A stretch of DNA of 20,000 bases from an uncultured virus (IMG/VR IMGVR_UViG_3300046329_000127) (lineage: Duplodnaviria; Heunggongvirae; Uroviricota; Caudoviricetes): IMG/VR virus record IMGVR_UViG_3300046329_000127. One strand, 5' to 3'. Positions 13,679 through 20,000 of the stretch are shown one piece after another. How positions within the stretch are numbered: the first letter of the stretch is position 1; the number at the start of each line of letters is the position of its first letter. The notes below the pieces were generated by a model, which was given only the letters and a program-made list of their open reading frames with translations, searched no databases and was not told where the DNA came from. A program made the position numbers and the translations under genes.

Positions 13679-14511
13679 GACGCGACCCTCAAATTCTTGG
13701 TAGCTAAAATCTCGCGCACCTTAGCCCGATCGCCATTACAAGCGATCGCCCTTGGAGCATTGACATACTGAATATCAAAGCCAAGTCCCGTATATAGATT
13801 GACAATGCGATCGGTCGCGAGATTACAGGTGATCGTAGGAACATTGCGCCTTGCTAACCAATTAGCAAGGCGCACTTGATCCGCCCAAAAGAAACCACCA
13901 GTAATGTAATCGTGATCCTGCTTACCTTCCATAACATCGTATGGAGGATCAGCAACCACGATGTCATTTGGAAAGACTTGCATTGCCTCAAAATCCATAC
14001 TGGTAAATACCCAGTCTTGGAAGCGATCTCGATAAGCCTCAAAATCGTGGTCAAGCTTTGGTTTTTGCAATTTCCCGTAGGAAGTGTTGAATCCGCCATC
14101 TTGGTTAAATCGGCAAAGCCCGTTAAAACAGGTGCGATTTAGGTAATAGAAACTCTGAGCAAGATCATTGTTTCCCTTGGTGTTGGAGTTTAATCCAACA
14201 GAGCGAATGTAGTCGTTAAACCATTTCCTGTTGTCAAGATAATCAGCCCTGCTAATCTCAGACTTGAATCTAGGATCTAGGATTAGCCCACCTTTAATCT
14301 GTCTATATAGATTAATCAGGTATGGGTTCGCATCATTCAACAATGCCCACTTAGGATCTACTCCCAACGCGATTGCCAGTCCACCCGCACAAGTTTCAAC
14401 AAGTCTATGTTTGTGTGGATTGAATACCTTGGCGATCTCGTCAAATAGCCAAGTATGTTTGCGCTTACCACCAGCCCAACGAAGGATCGGCTCTAACACT
14501 TTATACCTCAT
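13675..14511 (-). CDS. dam: Dam-family (D12 class) DNA adenine methyltransferase
   Basis: LRWAGGK, LND.N..LINLY, YYLNRTCFNGLCRFN..G.FN..YG and DPPY motifs. Confidence 0.92.
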   Translation of the reverse strand: MRYKVLEPILRWAGGKRKHTWLFDEIAKVFNPHKHRLVETCAGGLAIALGVDPKWALLNDANPYLINLYRQIKGGLILDPRFKSEISRADYLDNRKWFNDYIRSVGLNSNTKGNNDLAQSFYYLNRTCFNGLCRFNQDGGFNTSYGKLQKPKLDHDFEAYRDRFQDWVFTSMDFEAMQVFPNDIVVADPPYDVMEGKQDHDYITGGFFWADQVRLANWLARRNVPTITCNLATDRIVNLYTGLGFDIQYVNAPRAIACNGDRAKVREILATKNLRVAS

Positions 14512-14665
14512 CTGGCTTTATTCCTTGCAATGCACCAAAAGCGATCGCAGAAGCCTTTAAAAATTCTTGTATTGAGTTGAAGCCCAACACTCGGCAAGCT
14601 TTTTCGGCGTACCCCTTAAATTCAGGCGTAACCCTGATATGGATATCTTCTTTTTTTATTGCCAC
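14501..14665 (-). CDS. RHH-like regulator (54 aa, GTG start, MAIKKEDIHIRVTPEFKGYAEKACRVLGFNSIQEFL...)
   Basis: K...IHIRVT.E.K....A....G..S..EF fits an RHH pattern. First gene of the methylase operon. Not in the ORF track. Confidence 0.7.
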   Translation of the reverse strand: MAIKKEDIHIRVTPEFKGYAEKACRVLGFNSIQEFLKASAIAFGALQGIKPDEV

Positions 14666-14666
14666 T

Positions 14667-14699
14667 TTTAAGCGACCTTTAAGCGACCTGTACGCAACC
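14667..14699. repeat. 11-bp tandem repeats, candidate RHH operator
   Basis: TTTAAGCGACC x2 plus the degenerate TGTACGCAACC, immediately upstream of the RHH start. Confidence 0.6.
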
Positions 14700-14994
14700 T
14701 AGTGTAACATAGAAATTACCATTTATCGTAACTGGTTTGACAATTACTAATTACGGGTAAACAATCAATAAGGATTATCAGTAAAACAATAAACCAATGA
14801 AAGTTAAAGTTAAGGAAAAGGGAGAAGTAAAGCAATCTTTAATCCCGATTAGACCAGTTGATTCATGTAGAACTGCTCTAGGTCATCACCTAAGAGCCGA
14901 ACGTGAACGCATAGAGCCATAGCACTGGTGTTCATCTAAATACTTACAACGCTTGGATCAAGGATGATCAGGTTGATGCCGAGATGCTAAATTT

Positions 14995-15291
14995 TTAACC
15001 CAACGGATTAACCACATACCGTTTCGGAGCATTCGCCGCGATCGCTTTAAACACCAACTTAAAATCAGGGTTACTAAAGTTGATCGCTGCGATAGTTCCC
15101 GCGATCGCGTCACGCTCAGAAAATTGGTGGTAATTGATCAAGGTTAAGCAGCAATACTGGACATCTTTAAAACGAGTCTTTACTATGCGTTGATGGTCTT
15201 TTGGCAGATCGGCGATTGCCTGTCGGATCATCTCTCTAAGCGATGGCTTCTTCTGGCTGAATATCTGGTTCAGTATTTTGTCCGTATTCAT
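14995..15291 (-). CDS. Hypothetical protein
   Basis: 98-aa ORF overlapping the 3' end of the portal-like gene. Confidence 0.6.
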   Translation of the reverse strand: MNTDKILNQIFSQKKPSLREMIRQAIADLPKDHQRIVKTRFKDVQYCCLTLINYHQFSERDAIAGTIAAINFSNPDFKLVFKAIAANAPKRYVVNPLG

Positions 15292-16867
15292 TAGTCTGCT
15301 CCTGTGGTGGTGTTGGCGGTAAGGGTAATGACATCGGATTGTTTAAAGTTTCATCTGGTAAGGCGGCAATTTCATCAGAGATCGCCTGTTTAACATCGTC
15401 AGCAAAGTTATATTTTTTACCAAAAGCGGCGGCAACTTTAGAGATCGACTCCCTGCGAAGTGTCGGAACATTGATCGCCTCTTTGAGCATTAGTTCAATA
15501 TCGCCAAGCATTTCGGCAACACCTTCGCCAAGGTAGTTATTAAAGCCGTCCACTGTCCAATCAATGTTCTCGTTTCGTGCGATCGCGCAGCAATCTAGCA
15601 ACTGATCGGCAAATAAATGTATTTCCATACCAGTCACTTCAAGCATTGACACTTCGGGTTTTTTGTCCTCCCGCGTTTTTTCGGCACTGCGACCTAGCCC
15701 CGAACTACTTGAAGCTGCACTGGTTGAGATTTGCTGTAATTGGCTAAGAACATCTGCTGCTATTTTCTCAAGGTAACTAACAGCGATCGGGATACCACCG
15801 CCGCCCATATCAAGCGATGTCACCCTTGTCCCGCTAGGCACTGCCAAATAATAGCCATCTCCAAACTTTTGATTTTTGCCTATCAATTCATCAACAGACT
15901 CAACACTAGGAGGCATTTCTACTATTGGCATAGAGAAGTTTACCGATTGAAATTTCCAAGCAATACCAGCCCTAATCCGAAAGAACTCAAGGCATAAATC
16001 CATTAACTGATCGCCAATACATAGCTCAGGAGGAAAAGTTAAGGTTTTGACTGGAAAATCAAACTTACCATTGAGGTTAAAAATTTCGACATTCTCATAG
16101 CTAATTCCACCAATTTCTACAGGTGAAATCATGACATCTTCTTCTTTAGTAGTTTCTAATTTAAAACTAGCAGGAGTTGTTTTGTACTGTTCGTTGTTAG
16201 GCTTGGGGCGGATCTCGTACTGACTAACGACTATCTTATTTTGTTGCCTCTCGTAAATAGTAAAGCTATAGACTGGCACATCGAGATCTGTCCAACTCTT
16301 TTTCTCTAGTCGGTAGCGACAAATTTTGACATATTTAAAGCCTTGTGAATCAACATTCCAATCCCACATCGCAGACTGAGGCAAAATTACGATGTAGGGA
16401 TCTAACTCGCCTAGTTCCCTTTGCTGTTTCAGATTTGCCGCTTCCCCTGAATATTTGGTGCTAATTTCCGCGATAGCCTTGCCATTGGTGAAAGCCATCA
16501 TCGCGGCTTTCTTTAATCCAAGTGTAAAACTAGCCTTAGAATCATCGTCACCATCAAGTACAAATGCTTTTGAGTTTAACCAATCAACCCAAAACTCATC
16601 CTTAGAACCTTCAAAATTAGCTGGCTCTTGGAATAATTGGGCGACAACCCTTTGAAGTGCCGATCCCAAAATATTGACATACGGCGCTAGTTTAGCTCTT
16701 GCCTCGATGATATTTGCAGGGCGACCGTCTGGATTTTGCAGTAAAGCTTTCTTGGTTTCCAGATCAACTTTTTTACCGCCTGCCACTAATTTTTCTAGCA
16801 GTGTCCAGCGATCGCACTCTGCAATATAAGTCGCGTGTTTTTTTGTGAGTTGTTTGAGGGTTGGCAT
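15236..16867 (-). CDS. Probable phage portal protein
   Basis: 543 aa. N-terminal R..LA.YVN.......V.QLF..P, a late S...RSAE...D segment and an acidic Pro-rich tail resemble DUF4055/SPP1-like portals. Confidence 0.6.
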   Translation of the reverse strand: MPTLKQLTKKHATYIAECDRWTLLEKLVAGGKKVDLETKKALLQNPDGRPANIIEARAKLAPYVNILGSALQRVVAQLFQEPANFEGSKDEFWVDWLNSKAFVLDGDDDSKASFTLGLKKAAMMAFTNGKAIAEISTKYSGEAANLKQQRELGELDPYIVILPQSAMWDWNVDSQGFKYVKICRYRLEKKSWTDLDVPVYSFTIYERQQNKIVVSQYEIRPKPNNEQYKTTPASFKLETTKEEDVMISPVEIGGISYENVEIFNLNGKFDFPVKTLTFPPELCIGDQLMDLCLEFFRIRAGIAWKFQSVNFSMPIVEMPPSVESVDELIGKNQKFGDGYYLAVPSGTRVTSLDMGGGGIPIAVSYLEKIAADVLSQLQQISTSAASSSSGLGRSAEKTREDKKPEVSMLEVTGMEIHLFADQLLDCCAIARNENIDWTVDGFNNYLGEGVAEMLGDIELMLKEAINVPTLRRESISKVAAAFGKKYNFADDVKQAISDEIAALPDETLNNPMSLPLPPTPPQEQTNEYGQNTEPDIQPEEAIA

Positions 16868-16940
16868 AGCGATCGCGTTGATGTTACCGCCATATTACCA
16901 CTTTTTAAAACTGGGAAAGGCGATCGCGTTATTTGACATT

Positions 16941-16978
16941 AAAAAGCACCAGACTTTAATTAAAGTCTGGTGCTTTTT
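16941..16978. terminator. Perfect 38-bp palindrome, bidirectional terminator-like
   Basis: AAAAAGCACCAGACTTTAA|TTAAAGTCTGGTGCTTTTT, just past the nuclease stop. Confidence 0.8.
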
Positions 16979-16983
16979 TGATT

Positions 16984-17517
16984 TTATCTTCTCGCTTTAC
17001 GCCTTTTAGCCATACTCTCTCGAAACTCCCAAGGTGTTTGAACGCACCATTTACGATTACTCCACCTTCCAACTTTTTTCTTTTTTGCGTCTGATTGGGC
17101 GCGGTAATATTCTAGTTGCATCTCTTTTGAGATTTGCTTAACGTAGCGATCGTCAATGATCGCGTGACCAGCTTTTAACATCTCTAAATTTATGTTAGTG
17201 CCACGATGATAGACCGTGCCAACATAGCGCCCATAGGATTGATTTGCAGTAAAGACAATATTTATTTTTGTACTAATTGGAAGCAAAGTATAAAGATATT
17301 TTTTTGCTTCCTTACCACCTGCTTGACTTAATTCATTAGCATCGATTACATGATATCTGATGCTAATTTTTTTACCATTTTTGTCAGTGACAGTAGTTGT
17401 GTCACCATCATGGTGTTTCACGACCGTGAACGGTTCACGGTCGTGACTTGATGCCCATGATAACAATGCGACAGAAGCCGCCGCTATGAAGGCTCCTATG
17501 ATAATTTGATTACTCAT
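16984..17517 (-). CDS. Thermonuclease (SNase family) with N-terminal signal/anchor
   Basis: Hydrophobic N-terminus; DGDT, IR...IDA.E..Q..G, YGR, N..ML..G.A, A.....G.W and PWEFR motifs. Confidence 0.9.
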   Translation of the reverse strand: MSNQIIIGAFIAAASVALLSWASSHDREPFTVVKHHDGDTTTVTDKNGKKISIRYHVIDANELSQAGGKEAKKYLYTLLPISTKINIVFTANQSYGRYVGTVYHRGTNINLEMLKAGHAIIDDRYVKQISKEMQLEYYRAQSDAKKKKVGRWSNRKWCVQTPWEFRESMAKRRKARR

Positions 17518-19028
17518 CTTTTATGGATAGGGGTAAACTGAAATTCGACAGGATCAGCCGAGCCGCGCTTTAGGTATCCGTGACCTTTACCGCGCAATCC
17601 TTTTGTGATTGTTTCCACTGACAAGCCAAATTCATTTGCAGGGAAGCGAGCGCTTTCGGGTGATTGCAATTTAAGCAGTATTTTTGTCGCGACTTGACTG
17701 ATTGTGTCAGGTGAAAAGTGATCAAGATTCTGCGAACCAAGGCACATCATTAATCCATATTTACGAAGCTCACAAGCATAAATATCAATGATTCCTTTTC
17801 GACTTGTAGTCTTGGACGTAAATTTATGAGCTTCGTCAATAAATACTGCAAAGCGATACCTTTCTGCATCAGTACAATTGACTGGGATATGACCTTTTGA
17901 AGTAAGCGCACAGCCAATTTTGCGTAGCAATGTATCAACAACAATGAACTGAATGTCTTCAGTTAATGCTGATACATCAACTCGATGTGATTGGCTCAGC
18001 AATGAGTCAATATCAATGCGTGAGGGCTTTGAAAATACAGGATGGTTAAATACACTTTTGACAACACCAAGGGCGCTAGCAGCGTCTTTGTTTGCTTCCA
18101 TTAATGTAATAACATCCGCAAAAGTTGGCGGCGCAAAAAGCCATGTATTAACATCTTGATCGCTAATACCTTTCTCTTCGTAAGCTTCAAAAAGGAATTT
18201 TTCGATATTAAGTTTTTGCTTATGTCCAATGGCAGAATTAAAGGCACAAATTGACTCAATCAATTTTTGAACCTGTGGGAATACACCGCCATTTACTGAA
18301 TCGAGCGAGTCTAGCTCTAGCGGATTAATTCCGTACTGGCAAGAAGCTGTATGGCTAAGAGCTAAGGCTTTAGCTGAGTCGAGAGTAATGTCACCATGAA
18401 AGTCAATGATAAGGCTAGGAATGCCATAGGAGTGAACATCATGGGCGATCGCTTTGAGTGATTCTGTTTTGCCACTGCCAGACGCTCCAATCACTAATGC
18501 AAATCCATTTGTTTCTTGGTTGGGAATCCATCGCAACGGATTTTTTTTGTTGTCTTCGCCCAGCAAGATTTGTAATTGCTTACCAAGTTTTATTGTTGGC
18601 ACTTCAACAACTAAATCGGCGATCGCGCCATGTGGCACAACCTCTTGAAGTTTGCACCAAGTCAGATAATGTGGCGGTACATCAGCAGGATTTGTTTTGT
18701 ACCATAGCTTAATTAGCTCTTTGACAATCAATTCTTGATCGTCTTGAGTCATTCCTTTTAATGACTCATGCAAACTTTTGCTGTTACTTTTTTTCTTAGC
18801 GGCAAAGGCTTCTTCAATCTCTCGCGGTACTTCTAAAATCCAATAAAGAGGGAAAGCTTGTGGCTCTTCTTGGATTGACTTAAGCAAGGAATCATGCAAT
18901 TTTTTTAGCGTTGCTTCATTTTTTGCGGCGGCGATCGCATCCCACCATTCCTGAGAAAATGCCCAAAAACAATTTTGATACAAAGCTTCTAACGCTGCTT
19001 TATATTTTGGCTTAAACCAATTAATCAT
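17514..19028 (-). CDS. HerA/FtsK/VirB4-like P-loop ATPase (DUF87-like)
   Basis: Walker A GASGSGKT, IIDFHGD, GINPLE, Walker B IDEAH, and ELRKYG....SQ. Confidence 0.85.
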   Translation of the reverse strand: MINWFKPKYKAALEALYQNCFWAFSQEWWDAIAAAKNEATLKKLHDSLLKSIQEEPQAFPLYWILEVPREIEEAFAAKKKSNSKSLHESLKGMTQDDQELIVKELIKLWYKTNPADVPPHYLTWCKLQEVVPHGAIADLVVEVPTIKLGKQLQILLGEDNKKNPLRWIPNQETNGFALVIGASGSGKTESLKAIAHDVHSYGIPSLIIDFHGDITLDSAKALALSHTASCQYGINPLELDSLDSVNGGVFPQVQKLIESICAFNSAIGHKQKLNIEKFLFEAYEEKGISDQDVNTWLFAPPTFADVITLMEANKDAASALGVVKSVFNHPVFSKPSRIDIDSLLSQSHRVDVSALTEDIQFIVVDTLLRKIGCALTSKGHIPVNCTDAERYRFAVFIDEAHKFTSKTTSRKGIIDIYACELRKYGLMMCLGSQNLDHFSPDTISQVATKILLKLQSPESARFPANEFGLSVETITKGLRGKGHGYLKRGSADPVEFQFTPIHKR

Positions 19029-19387
19029 TTTGTTACCATCGCTTGAAAAATATTAAAGTAAAAAGTATGGGCGATCAATGCCAAAACAGCCCAATGATTC
19101 GTTTTGCTGAGTATTGTGTTATTGGCACTAAGGTTTTTGAATAAGCCAAATAACACAAACCCACACAACCCGAACATCCCAAAAGTTTTTATGGGTGCTC
19201 CAAAAATAAAAGACGCGGATAATGCAGAAAAACCTGCACTCATTAGCCAAAAGGGTATCCAGATTTTTTGAGCGAAAGAAACAATACTCATATTTGCTCC
19301 ACTTCTAACACTAAAACTAGAACTAGTGTTAGAAGTGTCAGGCGGTTTACTTGCCATGTTAATACCCTCTAACAACGGGTACATCAC
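19025..19387 (-). CDS. Small multi-pass membrane protein (start may be ATG 19357)
   Basis: About three hydrophobic segments; ATGA overlap with the ATPase. Confidence 0.7.
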   Translation of the reverse strand: MMYPLLEGINMASKPPDTSNTSSSFSVRSGANMSIVSFAQKIWIPFWLMSAGFSALSASFIFGAPIKTFGMFGLCGFVLFGLFKNLSANNTILSKTNHWAVLALIAHTFYFNIFQAMVTK

Positions 19388-19901
19388 GCTGAGGACGCGA
19401 TGACTGAGTAGGAAGTGATGATATAAACAACGCGGCGATCGCTATCACAAAGCAACCTAAAATAAAAACGGCAGTGGGATCGCAAGCTGCAAACCAACCG
19501 CCTCCGCTACTTTTGCTACTAGCCGCGTGTACAGCACTTTGCTGGGCGCTATTAATGCCAGCCGTAAAGTTAGCATTAATAGCATTTTGATTAGCGTGGC
19601 GCTCGGTTGCCACTGCCTCTGCAATCATTACGCGGGTTTCAAGTGCCGCGATTTTTTGATCTTGCCCATCGAGTCTTGATGTGATTTGATGAATTTGAAT
19701 GCCATAGCTTGACAGTTTGCTTTCGCATTCAAAGATACGGTAATCGCTGACTGCAAAATATTCTTTGCAAGTCGCTAGAATGTCTGAAGGTGGAGACACA
19801 GCCAACTCTTCTTTTACCCATTCTAAGTTGGCTGGGGTTTGCAATTGCGCGGGGATTACCTTTATAATCTCCGCTTCGATTACTGCAAAATTACTAGTCA
19901 T
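19359..19901 (-). CDS. Coiled-coil protein with C-terminal transmembrane helix
   Basis: Heptad-like region (ITSRLDGQDQKIAALETRV) and TM segment AVFILGCFVIAIAALFI. Confidence 0.7.
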   Translation of the reverse strand: MTSNFAVIEAEIIKVIPAQLQTPANLEWVKEELAVSPPSDILATCKEYFAVSDYRIFECESKLSSYGIQIHQITSRLDGQDQKIAALETRVMIAEAVATERHANQNAINANFTAGINSAQQSAVHAASSKSSGGGWFAACDPTAVFILGCFVIAIAALFISSLPTQSSRPQRDVPVVRGY

Positions 19902-20000
19902 TTTAAGCTTGCCTCGCAGTCTGCTACTGCATCGTTCAGTTTTTTTGGATTTAATGTTTTGGGGTCAACACTAAATCGGCATTTTTTAGCGCGTTGCAAC
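19898..20000 (-). CDS. Partial hypothetical protein (C-terminus ...LQRAKKCRFSVDPKTLNPKKLNDAVADCEASLK)
   Basis: Frame is open to the window edge; ATGA overlap with the next gene. Confidence 0.5.
   Translation of the reverse strand, partial: LQRAKKCRFSVDPKTLNPKKLNDAVADCEASLK

Larger units (their letters stand above)
1..20000. mobile_element. Cyanobacterial prophage/phage(-plasmid) segment
   Basis: Phage replication module, portal-like gene, methylases, HNH, anti-CRISPR, dense coupled small ORFs and abundant HIP1. Confidence 0.85.

Noticed and set aside
13854..14099. Nested same-strand ORF in dam analogous to the C5 MTase beta frame
   Set aside because: Short, no motif, and Dam has all its motifs in one frame.
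11000..14511. HNH or PD-(D/E)XK nuclease plus methylases as a restriction-modification system
   Set aside because: Nucleases are of phage HNH and exonuclease types and are not adjacent to the MTases; orphan phage methylases are the simpler explanation.
14797..14922. 41-aa + strand ORF after TTGACA at 14737
   Set aside because: Weak -10, no recognisable motif and no coupling; may be a remnant but is unsupported.

Overview
A cyanobacterial temperate phage or phage-plasmid segment. The evidence is at least 30 HIP1 GCGATCGC sites, cyanobacterial-type DnaN and SSB, and tightly coupled ATGA/GTGA gene overlaps. The + strand (1-10400) carries the 3' end of a phage-type ThyX, then a promoter-driven accessory operon encoding an AcrIII-1/DUF1874 ring nuclease and a 2H-phosphoesterase, both candidate destroyers of cyclic-nucleotide immune signals. 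A replication module follows: RHH regulator, initiator with internal 15-bp iterons, putative helicase loader, Zn-finger/TOPRIM/DnaB primase-helicase fusion, truncated ssb and dnaN. The - strand (10415-20000) carries a membrane protein/HerA-VirB4-like ATPase/thermonuclease module, an isolated portal-like gene, and an RHH-led operon. That operon has a Dam methylase, a C5 methylase with a nested out-of-frame second subunit (M.EcoHK31I-like), an NblA-like phycobilisome degradation protein missed by the ORF track, and a PD-(D/E)XK nuclease, with an HNH gene inserted in the opposite orientation. All family assignments are from motif recognition by eye; no searches were run.
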